In this document: piece by piece, positions 41,420-50,688 of the stretch
Numbering within the stretch: the stretch's first letter is position 1
Layout of the letters: each line of letters opens with the position of its first letter
DNA from: a virus
DNA length: 64,000 bases
Strand: one strand, 5' to 3'
Virus record (IMG/VR): IMGVR_UViG_3300045988_083449
Coordinates: 1 to 64,000 of that record
Translations under genes and position numbers: made by a program
Notes under the pieces: generated by a model
Seen by the model: the letters and a program-made list of their open reading frames with translations, nothing else
What the model was told of the DNA's origin: nothing
Databases searched by the model: none

Positions 41420-42669
41420 AGTTAAAGTTGCATTGCAAAACGCATGACGGCAAACAGGAAGACTGGATTTACGACAACGTAACAAACGAGATTTGGAACA
41501 GTAATGGAGATTTAGTCGATCTATCTAAAGATGAAAGACTGAAGCCTTATGCGATGACAAAGCAACGAGAAAAACCTTCACCAGTTTCTAATCACAAGTC
41601 CAATGAGATTTGGAACTTAAAGATTCAGTTAGGCCTTAAGTGCAATATGCATTGCAAGTATTGCGCACAAACTGGAAACGAAATCGGAGCTTCTGTTTTC
41701 ACTCAGCGAGATGTCGAACCGTTTATCAAGAAACTCGTTGACAATAAGATCGAGGCTGTTGGCTCCATTGAACTATGGGGCGGAGAGCCCTTTGTCTATT
41801 GGAAAGTCCTTCAAAAGTTGATCCCTGAACTTAGAAGAATTTATCCCAAAGTGTCAATCGGGATGATCACAAACGGAACCCTCCTAACAGAAGAGAAGAT
41901 TGAGTTCTTAGAAAAATATAAGTGCGGACTTACCTTCTCTCATGACGGACTTGGTTTTCACCTTCGTGGCAAAGACCCGTTGGACGACCCGAAGATGGTT
42001 GACCTTTGGAGGTTGGCAATTCAGAAACTCGGTGCAAACATCAACTGCGTACTCACTCCTGCAAATATAGACATTAACGCAACGGCGGAGTACATCCGGG
42101 AGAAACTTGGAGGAGTTTATTTCAACTTTGAAGGCGTGATGACCCACGTAGGTGTTCAGGATTCCGAGTTAATGTTTACACCAGCTCAGATGCTCACGCT
42201 TCAGAAAAACATCTTTAACGAACTAACTAAGAATGGTTGGGATAAATTCCCAGCACTGACGAATGAATGTAACGAACTGCTCTTGCAACTGACTCAGAGA
42301 AAGAAGTTAGACCTTGGTACAGTTAAATGCGGAATGAATCGAGAAAACGTTTGTGCAATTAACCTCAACGGAGATGTTCTTTCGTGTCACGACTTTGCGA
42401 CAAAGGAAAAGTACGTTGGTCATATATCTGCAATGGGTAAAGTAGATATTTCCAAACACTTTAAGTCTTGCGGCGAAAGAGAGAAGTGCCGAAAGTGTTT
42501 GCTTCTGTCCATGTGCCGTGGTGCCTGTCCTCAGATAGAAGGACTCGCTCGAACACTGACGTGTAAGAACGAGTTCAACTATCACTTCGCTATTTTTCAG
42601 GCTGTGTGGTGGCTGCTGTTTGGTTTGACTATTGAGAGTTACGAGACTTTAAGTTGTCACTTGCAGTAG
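41416..42669 (+). CDS. radical SAM enzyme with a SPASM domain (maturase type), paralog B, with an ~80-aa N-terminal extension
   Basis: ATGA coupling to paralog A. CNMHCKYC, LWGGEPFVY, MITNG, INLNGDVLSC, and SPASM CRKCLLLSMCRGAC. Confidence 0.85.
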   Translation: MKLKLHCKTHDGKQEDWIYDNVTNEIWNSNGDLVDLSKDERLKPYAMTKQREKPSPVSNHKSNEIWNLKIQLGLKCNMHCKYCAQTGNEIGASVFTQRDVEPFIKKLVDNKIEAVGSIELWGGEPFVYWKVLQKLIPELRRIYPKVSIGMITNGTLLTEEKIEFLEKYKCGLTFSHDGLGFHLRGKDPLDDPKMVDLWRLAIQKLGANINCVLTPANIDINATAEYIREKLGGVYFNFEGVMTHVGVQDSELMFTPAQMLTLQKNIFNELTKNGWDKFPALTNECNELLLQLTQRKKLDLGTVKCGMNRENVCAINLNGDVLSCHDFATKEKYVGHISAMGKVDISKHFKSCGEREKCRKCLLLSMCRGACPQIEGLARTLTCKNEFNYHFAIFQAVWWLLFGLTIESYETLSCHLQ

Positions 42670-43013
42670 AGTTTTCGGACGATATCGGACGGAGAGTCGG
42701 GAACAATAGGCATCCATCCTTCCGTCGAAACATCTAATCTAAATTGTGGGGAACCCTGTGCGTTAAACCCATTATGAACATATGCAGAATCCACTTTGAA
42801 GTACTGTTTTTTGCAATCGACCAAGACGTGGTCTTTTACAGAAACACCTCTTTGGGGTATGTTTGTGACACTCCAATATCCAATCTTATTCTTAGTGATG
42901 GAATTAACAGAAATAAGTTTGGTTTGTGGGCCAAGTTGCATAAGCTCTTTTCCAATAACTAGATTACTGAATAAGAAACACGAGAGACAGAGTAGTATCT
43001 TTAAAGATTTCAT
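42657..43013 (-). CDS. small secreted protein, paralog family member 1
   Basis: Signal peptide MKSLKILLCLSCFLFSNLVIG. Conserved ...VDCK ... PDSP....V.KLYCK. Confidence 0.6.
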   Translation of the reverse strand: MKSLKILLCLSCFLFSNLVIGKELMQLGPQTKLISVNSITKNKIGYWSVTNIPQRGVSVKDHVLVDCKKQYFKVDSAYVHNGFNAQGSPQFRLDVSTEGWMPIVPDSPSDIVRKLYCK

Positions 43014-43031
43014 ATTTTTTCGTCTATCAGG

Positions 43032-43442
43032 TTATTTAGGTAGTCGCTTACATAACACATCGGCAAACACTCTCACCATATTGCTCTTATCGGGAGACAT
43101 TGCTGACCATCGTTTTACAATATTCGGGCCATCGAGACTTATGCAATTTTTACCCATCTCTTTAGAACAGTAGTAGAGAGAGTCGATAGTAAATCTTTTA
43201 GTTCGACAGTTAGCTAAAAAGTAAACTTTTTTTGATTTGAATTTTTTTCCTGATAGTTCCTCTTCTATATTTAACAACATCCACCAACCGACAATATCTG
43301 GACTTTCTCTCACCTCCGATCCTTTTACGTAAAAGTCGGTTTCAGACATTTGAAGTAAATCTTCAATCTCTTGAGATTGGGCTAAGGAGGTGAAGGAGAG
43401 GGTGATAATAGAAATGAGAGTTAATTTTATAAATTTAAGCAT
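43032..43442 (-). CDS. small secreted protein, paralog family member 2
   Basis: Signal peptide MLKFIKLTLISIITLSFTSLAQS. Conserved ...LANCR ... SPDKS..V..F..VLCKRL. Confidence 0.6.
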   Translation of the reverse strand: MLKFIKLTLISIITLSFTSLAQSQEIEDLLQMSETDFYVKGSEVRESPDIVGWWMLLNIEEELSGKKFKSKKVYFLANCRTKRFTIDSLYYCSKEMGKNCISLDGPNIVKRWSAMSPDKSNMVRVFADVLCKRLPK

Positions 43443-43524
43443 CTACACATTCTTCCAAAGAGATTCGCCCTTCAATTATATGATTGAAACAGTCGTTTTA
43501 TAAAGGTAAAGGAATGGTAAAGGA

Positions 43525-43719
43525 ATGAGATTAGATTGCAAATTAGAAATAATTAAAGACGAGGAACGTACCCCCTGTGAGATATGGACTCGTGTCATGG
43601 GTTACCATCGCCCAATCTCCTCATTTAACATCGGCAAGAAAGGGGAGTTTGCCAACCGCAAATACTTTAAAGAACCTAAAGGCGGAGTACCGTCGTCCTG
43701 TACTTGCCGAGGTAAGTAA
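43525..43719 (+). CDS. stand-alone NrdD-type glycyl-radical domain protein (64 aa)
   Basis: TRVMGYHRPISSFNIGKKGEFANRKYF aligns with the C-terminal glycyl-radical motif of class III ribonucleotide reductases (R.xGY......FN.GK..E....R). Four Cys flank it (C5, C18, C58, C60). Confidence 0.6.
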   Translation: MRLDCKLEIIKDEERTPCEIWTRVMGYHRPISSFNIGKKGEFANRKYFKEPKGGVPSSCTCRGK

Positions 43720-44594
43720 TGGCCCAACATCTCCCTGAAAGCGGAACGATTGGATTGGGAATGGCTCGTAGCCAATGGAACGATAACGGGCCGAATCCTG
43801 TTACTTCCATCAGTCTTGGTGGCAGCCAATGCCGCTCCTTTGCGCAGAAGCCTAACGGTGCCGTAAAGATGTCTGACCTGTACGCAAAGTACCGAGGCTA
43901 TAAGATGCAGTTCTTTAGTTATCCTGTCACTTGCAAGATTGATGTGGATAATACTTACGATGGCGATGGGCAGATTGACGTACCAGCTCACACTATTGGC
44001 GGTAACTTTATTGGTGTCGGAGCCTTTAGGCGACAAGTGGTTAATTGTCTCTTTCCGTTTCACGACATCCCAACATACACGATCAACCTTGGGAACATCA
44101 CGCCGCAAAAGTTCGGCACAGTCTCGTTAATGTTTATCGGCTACACGAGAACTTGTTCTAATTGGTACAACCGGACTTGGGATTCAATGGGGATTTCAGT
44201 TCAGATTGACGGCCTACCGAATCCTGTTATTGAGAACGGAAACTTCGGAGCTGTTACTGATAACCGATACCCATTAAACCTCTCTATGACTTATCGTCGT
44301 AACAGCAGCTCCCTCAAGTCGATAACCTTTAGAAAGGTCTGTCACCAGCCGAGTAATGGCGGTAACTACATGGTGAGCGAACCGTGGTTATTTGGCCGTC
44401 AATACACTGGTCAGTATTCGGGTGCTAAGGCCGTGTGGACAATGAGAGAATTAGGAAACCTAGGTCTGACTTGTAATCAAGCAGGACAACCTGGCGGAAA
44501 CAAGATGTGGCTTGTCTCCTACTATTACGGCGGCAGAGAACCATTCAACGTAGGAGACCAAGTGGAGATCGTGGATATTAGTTATTGGTGGTGA
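43719..44594 (+). CDS. hypothetical protein (291 aa), possibly structural
   Basis: TAATG coupling to the upstream 64-aa ORF. No motif recognised. Confidence 0.5.
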   Translation: MAQHLPESGTIGLGMARSQWNDNGPNPVTSISLGGSQCRSFAQKPNGAVKMSDLYAKYRGYKMQFFSYPVTCKIDVDNTYDGDGQIDVPAHTIGGNFIGVGAFRRQVVNCLFPFHDIPTYTINLGNITPQKFGTVSLMFIGYTRTCSNWYNRTWDSMGISVQIDGLPNPVIENGNFGAVTDNRYPLNLSMTYRRNSSSLKSITFRKVCHQPSNGGNYMVSEPWLFGRQYTGQYSGAKAVWTMRELGNLGLTCNQAGQPGGNKMWLVSYYYGGREPFNVGDQVEIVDISYWW

Positions 44595-45004
44595 TACGCT
44601 TCTCCTAAGCGTTTACAAACCAATTTAGCAATCTTTTCCTGATAAGAATTTGGAATAATTTTTTCATAATCGCTTGTTGGGCTGTATTTGTTTTTTTTGT
44701 TGTCGAAGGTGGTTACTTGCCGAACTAATAACCACCAAGTTCCGCTCCTACAATTTATGAAATAAACTTCTCTCTCTAACCAAATCGCTTCGTTATTTGT
44801 CTCTTCGGTGTAATTGTGTTCTACGAGAAGGGCAGCTTGAACAATTCCGCTCTTGTCCGTGCTGAGTTTAGAAAATTTTGTGTCTAAATAAACAGTAAAA
44901 GGTTTCACCTTATCAATAATTTCTAAACTCGGATCGTCGTTCGGACTAAATGAAAAGGCATGATTTGTAAGGATGAGCAAAGCTAAGAATAAAATTTTCT
45001 TCAT
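44582..45004 (-). CDS. small secreted protein, paralog family member 3 (140 aa from ATG 45004)
   Basis: AGGAGAAGG RBS. Signal peptide MKKILFLALLILTNHAFS. Conserved ...FINCR ... IPNS....IAKLVCKRL. Confidence 0.6.
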   Translation of the reverse strand: MKKILFLALLILTNHAFSFSPNDDPSLEIIDKVKPFTVYLDTKFSKLSTDKSGIVQAALLVEHNYTEETNNEAIWLEREVYFINCRSGTWWLLVRQVTTFDNKKNKYSPTSDYEKIIPNSYQEKIAKLVCKRLGEAYHHQ

Positions 45005-45077
45005 TGTCCTTCTCCTACAGTTTCCCATAGTCTAAAAGCCTAAAACCATAACCTCAAGCGGAACTATTTGAGGTTAT

Positions 45078-46589
45078 ATGATTCGTTCCGTTCCATCTTC
45101 TAAAACATCCAAGCTCATGTACGGGGGCTTTACTGGCTTAGATACAAGCCGAAGTGAAGTCGTACATGAGGTCAATGAACATCAGCCTTTTGCTAATGTG
45201 AATAACGCATACATAGATTGGAGTGGCTACGTTTCTAACGAACGAGCGATTGAAAGAATCGGTAAGGAAGGACGGTACATTTCCCATGTTCGCTTTGCGT
45301 ACAACGGAGAGATTCTGTACGCCACAAGAGGAGAACAGAGCATAAGTATTTGGAACTCTCGTGAGCTAGAGAGCGGAAGGAATGAGTCCAAGATTGTTTT
45401 CCCTACGAACACGATCACCTCTACATTATCTAACGGCGAAGTCGTCTTTTGTGCAGGAGAGGCACCTTATCGTTATGTTGCTCAAGAATGGAAAAGGATT
45501 GACTCCCCTGACGCATACGGTGCGACCTTATGTGCGTCCGTGTCAGGACGCTTGGCTTTAGCCGGATTTAAAAATGCTCCCACGGTTGTTCGTTTCTCTC
45601 GTGTGGACGACAACGAAATCTTTGAATGCGACGAAGATGTTGCAGATATTCAGGTAACAAAGGCTGGAGGCATCAACCTTAAGACTGTGCTCAATAGAGC
45701 AGAAACGATTACAGCTTTGTTCCCCTTCGGTGCGAATCAGCTTCTTATCTTTACGAATGCTCGTTGTCTCATCTATGAGATCAATGCGGATTTGACCACA
45801 TGGAAGCAGGTTTCGGACGTTCATATCTATGTCGGCTGTGTGTCTCAGAACTCTATCTGCGGTTGGGCAAACGAGGTTATCTTCTGTAGCCGTTACGGTA
45901 TTTACACGCTTAAGCGTTCTGTGGCAAACGGTACGGCTCTTGTGGTCTTGCCTTATTCGCATAAGGTACAAAGCGTTTATCAAGAACTGCTTTCTCGGTT
46001 GGAAGACCCGAGACTAATCAACGCAGTCTTTGATTCAGATTGTGGTCGTTATCACATATTTTTCCCGTTAAGTCCACGAGGAGCTTCACGGCTTTCCTGC
46101 TCAGTCTCTCCAGTTGCTCAAGAAGAGGGAAGCTCGGGTTCTCCATCGTGGTCTTTTTCCGAATACGGCAATCTAACGTGCGGAGACTTTCTAGATGGAA
46201 AGTTACTTATGGGCAGTTGCGGTGGTATTTGGAGAATGAAATCCGAGTACGAGGAAGGAGGAGATATCGGAGAGGCAGTCTTCTCAACTCCTTTGCTTTG
46301 GATGAACGAACGTTTTATGCCTAAGCGTGGTCATCAGATCGGAATCATTGCCGACGGGGCTGGTCAGATAGAAGTTGAGATTGAAAACGAAGAAGGACAG
46401 ATATTGGATGTCCTTCGTTGGGACTTGCCCTATGAAGATCAATCGGTATTTCACGGAACTCGAAAGGGCAGACAGTTCACTCGAATTTTTCCCCATTTAT
46501 TTACAGGCGTAAAGCTCACCTTCCATATACGGAACGTGACCAAGAGCTTACGTATTTACGGATTCACTATCGAAATTAAGGAGCAATAA
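45078..46589 (+). CDS. hypothetical virion structural protein (503 aa)
   Basis: Large ORF in the tail/fibre region, co-oriented. No motif recognised. Confidence 0.55.
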   Translation: MIRSVPSSKTSKLMYGGFTGLDTSRSEVVHEVNEHQPFANVNNAYIDWSGYVSNERAIERIGKEGRYISHVRFAYNGEILYATRGEQSISIWNSRELESGRNESKIVFPTNTITSTLSNGEVVFCAGEAPYRYVAQEWKRIDSPDAYGATLCASVSGRLALAGFKNAPTVVRFSRVDDNEIFECDEDVADIQVTKAGGINLKTVLNRAETITALFPFGANQLLIFTNARCLIYEINADLTTWKQVSDVHIYVGCVSQNSICGWANEVIFCSRYGIYTLKRSVANGTALVVLPYSHKVQSVYQELLSRLEDPRLINAVFDSDCGRYHIFFPLSPRGASRLSCSVSPVAQEEGSSGSPSWSFSEYGNLTCGDFLDGKLLMGSCGGIWRMKSEYEEGGDIGEAVFSTPLLWMNERFMPKRGHQIGIIADGAGQIEVEIENEEGQILDVLRWDLPYEDQSVFHGTRKGRQFTRIFPHLFTGVKLTFHIRNVTKSLRIYGFTIEIKEQ

Positions 46590-46592
46590 TCA

Positions 46593-48134
46593 ATGGCACG
46601 TATTCGCCAACTTTACCCGTCTCGGTACTCTTCTACAGAGGCTACTTCAGCAGAGTTTGAAAACATCATCCGCTATCTCAGAAGCGGTGAAATTGGAAAT
46701 AGAACTTTATCTGAATTGCTACGCCAAATCTTTAACTCCGAAGGTAACTTAGATGTTGGCTTGGAAATTCGCTTTGATTCTAAGTACGGGCTCGAATATC
46801 GAATCGGTGGAGACGATCAGGAGTGGTTGCAGATCATTGAACCTGAAGCGTTGCGTGGAGAACCTGGTGAGTATGTCGGTGAGATTGGCGATGCCCTGAT
46901 GTTCAACCGAGCTGACTATGATGGTGACGGCACAACTACGGTCTTCAACTACGCTTTCTCTGAATCAGAGGCCGAAACCATTCTATTTAGAAACGGTCTG
47001 CTTCAATCTCCTAACGCCTACACGTTAGATCAAATCAACGGGACAATCACAATCTTTCCGGCTATTGGTGCTAACGAAACTCTAACGGTGTTTCAGACCA
47101 GAAAGAGTGAGCTTAACGGATTCTCTCGGACAGAGATTGTTGCTACTCAGAATCAGTACATCATTCCGTTTAAGTTCAACAACGAAGATCAAATCTTTGT
47201 TTATCGCAACGGCATTCTTTATAAGGAAGGTGAGAACGACGACTACATCCTAAACGCTGGAACATCCACGATTACGTTCTTAGCTCCTATGGCCTCAGGC
47301 GATGTTGTCACAATCCTTCGTATGCAGGGAGGCGGTCTGAGAGCTGTTGGGGGACTGCTGATGCAAGATCAGTATTGCTACAACGGAAAGATTCTTTACG
47401 ACAAGATTCTGATTGACGATGGCGATATCTCTCCTGAAAAGGTTGAAGGCTTGTTAGGACTAATGGAAAAGTCCAAGCGGGTATTCGTTCAAGATACCGA
47501 GCCTATCGACACCGACGAAGTAGAAATTGAAAGCGGAGACTTGTGGATTAAGACAGGTCTGCCTATATCCGTCTTGTATTTCTATGACGGACTTCGTTGG
47601 GTTTCTACTGCGCCTGACGGTTCCGTTCCAGCAATCAACAAAGGAGACGAGCTTCGCTATCTCCGTGTGAACTCTGCGGGTTCTGCTCTTGAATTTGCTG
47701 CTATTGATCTGTCTACCTGCGTAAAGAAAGATGAAGTTGGCAACCCTAACGGTGTCGCACCTTTGGACGAGAACGGACAGATTGCGGACGAGCTGATCAA
47801 ACAGCATTACTCCTATGCTCCGATTCAATATCGCACGGATGGAACCATTGCTAAGGACGCAGTTCTTACGCTCGGGTATATCGCAAACGTTCAGTCTTAC
47901 CTAGACAAGATGACACTTTCCTTAGATGTGGGTACAGCAACCGTTCAGCTCTATGTCGGAGATATGGCGGTAGGTGCTACGACAGATCTTACGACAGCAG
48001 ACGTTACTCAGACTTGGGTTGCTAAGAAGTTTGACGGACGAACTATTCCTAAGAAGATCACGTTAGAGATCACAGCCGCATCTGATGACGCTAAAGGTCT
48101 TACTGTTAATCTGCGGCAGAGAATCGTAGGGTAA
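46593..48134 (+). CDS. fibre/structural protein sharing an N-terminal domain with 30287..31393
   Basis: SGEIGNRTLSELLRQIFNSEG...LEYRIGG aligns with ACEIGSRPVYDLLEEIFSDTTG...LQIRAGQ of the earlier fibre-like gene. Confidence 0.55.
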   Translation: MARIRQLYPSRYSSTEATSAEFENIIRYLRSGEIGNRTLSELLRQIFNSEGNLDVGLEIRFDSKYGLEYRIGGDDQEWLQIIEPEALRGEPGEYVGEIGDALMFNRADYDGDGTTTVFNYAFSESEAETILFRNGLLQSPNAYTLDQINGTITIFPAIGANETLTVFQTRKSELNGFSRTEIVATQNQYIIPFKFNNEDQIFVYRNGILYKEGENDDYILNAGTSTITFLAPMASGDVVTILRMQGGGLRAVGGLLMQDQYCYNGKILYDKILIDDGDISPEKVEGLLGLMEKSKRVFVQDTEPIDTDEVEIESGDLWIKTGLPISVLYFYDGLRWVSTAPDGSVPAINKGDELRYLRVNSAGSALEFAAIDLSTCVKKDEVGNPNGVAPLDENGQIADELIKQHYSYAPIQYRTDGTIAKDAVLTLGYIANVQSYLDKMTLSLDVGTATVQLYVGDMAVGATTDLTTADVTQTWVAKKFDGRTIPKKITLEITAASDDAKGLTVNLRQRIVG

Positions 48135-50680
48135 TGGCAACCAACAACGACTCCAACTGGGTAACAATCAATGGTGGTAAGTTTCCTGCCACCATTGGCG
48201 AGGAGTTTATTAACACTTGGGGCAAGTGGGAAACTGAAGGTTACAACGGCTTCAAGTTCAATGATTCACAGGCTACTTGGCAGGACTCCCAGTACAACGG
48301 TTCCTTTAGAGATTATGTCGGCATCAATAGTGACAAAAATATGCTCTATTGGATGAAGGGCAACTATGGCGACAAAAAGAAAGACTTTGACTTCAACGCT
48401 TGGGCTGATGCTCACCCTGATGAATATAAGGACTACAGAGACGAGAACGGAACTTGGTATCTAACCCCGGAAGGTAAGACTGACCTTGAAGGAAGGGCTT
48501 ACACACAGTGGTTAAAAGAGCAGAAGTATGACGTTAACAACACCAACCCAGTTGTCCAAATTAAGACTGGAAAGAAAGAAGGGACACAAGTTACATATAA
48601 ATGGGACGAGTCTCTAAATGCTTACGTTCCTCACGAAGGTAAGGTTGTCTATTGGGATACTAGCAGTGGTCTTGGTCACGCTCTAAAGTCTTTTGGCTCT
48701 GCCATTGCAACGGGTATTGCCTCCTACTTTGGAGGCCCTTGGGCTGGAGCAGCAGTAGGTGCTGCTTCAGGACTAATCACTTCTGAGGGTGATAACAAAC
48801 TCCTTGACGCTGGTATGGGAGCTCTCGGTGGTTACATGGGTGGAGCAAACATGGCAGGAAATATCGGCGCCACAATTGGTGGCTCTGCCATTAAAGGAAT
48901 AACTAAGAACGCTCTTCCCGATCTTGTTTTGAACATGGTTCAGACCGAGAGCGATCCAGGGAACCTTGCAGGAATCGTTAATCAATGGAAGGTTGAGAAC
49001 GGTAAAACAGCAGGTACAAGACCATTGACTGATGCTGAAACTGCGTTAATCAATCAATACGTTAATAACGCGAAGACTCTCTATCCATCGTTGTCGGAAG
49101 ATCAAACAAAGAAGTTGGCTGATTACGCTGAGACTCTGACCCGAATGGGTTTATTCACAGAAGACACCGTTACCCAAAAGAATGATCAATGGCAACAGCT
49201 AAAGGAAGCTCTTGAGAAGTATCAGACCAACACTTCTCTCGGCAACGGAGGAAGCACAAACCTTGGAAACTCAATATCCAAAGATGTTCAGGACAAACAA
49301 GAAACAGCAGAAAAGACACTGCTCGGAGTGCTTGGCGGTACAGCTCTCTTAGGCGGATTAGGAAATATAGGACAGACAAGTATGGCAGATACAAACAACT
49401 TACTAAGCTCTCTCGCAGGGCTAGGAGCAGATGGCTTTAGAGTTTATCGAGGATACAGAGACTCGGGTAAATTCAACGATTTATTTAACCAGTGGAGTGG
49501 TACGGCTGGTTCTCTTGTTAATAACGGACAGAACTTAGCCAACTCTCTTCAGAATCTTTACGACAAGACGGCCGATGGGAATGACAAACTCTACGAGGCT
49601 CTTAAGGAAAAGATTAAAGTTCCGACTCGGAACGGAGATGAATGGCAGTCAACACCGTACTATCAAACTGCAACCCAAGGTTCTGAGAATGTCAACAACG
49701 CATTCGCAAAAGCATTGAATGCGGCAGATCAAATCAGCGGAGTGTACAACGACCTCGGTAAAGCTAAGTTCTACAACGAAGATGACGTGTACGGAATGTA
49801 TCGCAAGTTTGCGAACGCTCGTACACAGTTGGCTGATAGAGCTGCGGCCTTGACAGACTCAAGAACGTATGCGGCTAACCGTGCAAATGGTGTCGGAACA
49901 TCTACGGTACAGCAGGAAGCTCAGGCAGAGAATGCCCGTAAGTACATGGCAGACCTTGCCAATATTGATAGCCAGGCTTACAGTGATGCTCTCAGCTACG
50001 TCTCCAACCTTTCTAAGTTGCAGACAGACCAGCGTAATGCGGCTATTGCTGAAGCGGTCAATGCGTTATCTCCGACAATCTCAACATCTACAAACGATGC
50101 GACAAACCAACTCCGTAACTCTCAGAATGAAATCGGAGCTTTGTGGTACGGGGATAAGGCGGCTGATCTTGAACGTGGTTGGTTGGCTAATACCTACGGC
50201 ATTGGTTTGCAGAATCAAGGCAATATTCTTAACGCTCTAGTTGGTTTAAATTCCAACAACGTAAACGCCGCTACTAATCTCGCTAGTGGATTCGCAGGAG
50301 CATACGGACAGGCAATCAATGGATTAGGTCAAGCCTTAAATAAGACAACAGCAGACTTGTCTTCAGGTACAGGAGGCGGTTTACTTCAGGCGCTAGGACT
50401 TGCAGGTAAAGCATCAGGTCTTTCCGGACTTTTCGATGGAATCAACTACGCAGGAGCTAATGCTGCGGCTGATTCTTGGAATGCATTGGTTGAAAGAACT
50501 GCATCACAAACGGGAACATCCTTAGAAGAAGCGGCGAAATGGTTGATGAATGCTGGTGGTGACCCAATTGAAGAAATCATTAACGCCTCTGAGAGCGGAG
50601 GTTTTTGGTCGGGAATCGGCGACTCCATTTCTAGCGGTTGGGATTCACTAACCAATTGGTTTAGCGGACTGTGGTCGTAG
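48134..50680 (+). CDS. large internal-virion/ejection-type protein (848 aa) with a Gly-rich hydrophobic segment
   Basis: Contains GIASYFGGPWAGAAVGAASGLI...GMGALGGYMGGANMAGNIGATIGG. Precedes the SLT-domain and giant proteins. Confidence 0.55.
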   Translation: MATNNDSNWVTINGGKFPATIGEEFINTWGKWETEGYNGFKFNDSQATWQDSQYNGSFRDYVGINSDKNMLYWMKGNYGDKKKDFDFNAWADAHPDEYKDYRDENGTWYLTPEGKTDLEGRAYTQWLKEQKYDVNNTNPVVQIKTGKKEGTQVTYKWDESLNAYVPHEGKVVYWDTSSGLGHALKSFGSAIATGIASYFGGPWAGAAVGAASGLITSEGDNKLLDAGMGALGGYMGGANMAGNIGATIGGSAIKGITKNALPDLVLNMVQTESDPGNLAGIVNQWKVENGKTAGTRPLTDAETALINQYVNNAKTLYPSLSEDQTKKLADYAETLTRMGLFTEDTVTQKNDQWQQLKEALEKYQTNTSLGNGGSTNLGNSISKDVQDKQETAEKTLLGVLGGTALLGGLGNIGQTSMADTNNLLSSLAGLGADGFRVYRGYRDSGKFNDLFNQWSGTAGSLVNNGQNLANSLQNLYDKTADGNDKLYEALKEKIKVPTRNGDEWQSTPYYQTATQGSENVNNAFAKALNAADQISGVYNDLGKAKFYNEDDVYGMYRKFANARTQLADRAAALTDSRTYAANRANGVGTSTVQQEAQAENARKYMADLANIDSQAYSDALSYVSNLSKLQTDQRNAAIAEAVNALSPTISTSTNDATNQLRNSQNEIGALWYGDKAADLERGWLANTYGIGLQNQGNILNALVGLNSNNVNAATNLASGFAGAYGQAINGLGQALNKTTADLSSGTGGGLLQALGLAGKASGLSGLFDGINYAGANAAADSWNALVERTASQTGTSLEEAAKWLMNAGGDPIEEIINASESGGFWSGIGDSISSGWDSLTNWFSGLWS

Positions 50681-50688
50681 GAGTAGAC

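Noticed and set aside
40436-42669. Interpreting the two radical SAM genes as glycyl-radical activases (NrdG-like) for the nearby NrdD-like mini-protein
   Set aside because: Both enzymes are 327-417 aa with full C-terminal SPASM auxiliary-cluster signatures. NrdG-type activases are small and lack these. The enzymes are also translationally contiguous with the Cys-rich fibre genes, whereas two opposite-strand genes separate them from the mini-protein. The proximity is noted but not used as evidence.
43602-44108. 168-aa minus-strand ORF
   Set aside because: It is antisense to the NrdD-like ORF and the coupled 291-aa gene, with no RBS or partner genes on that strand at this position.
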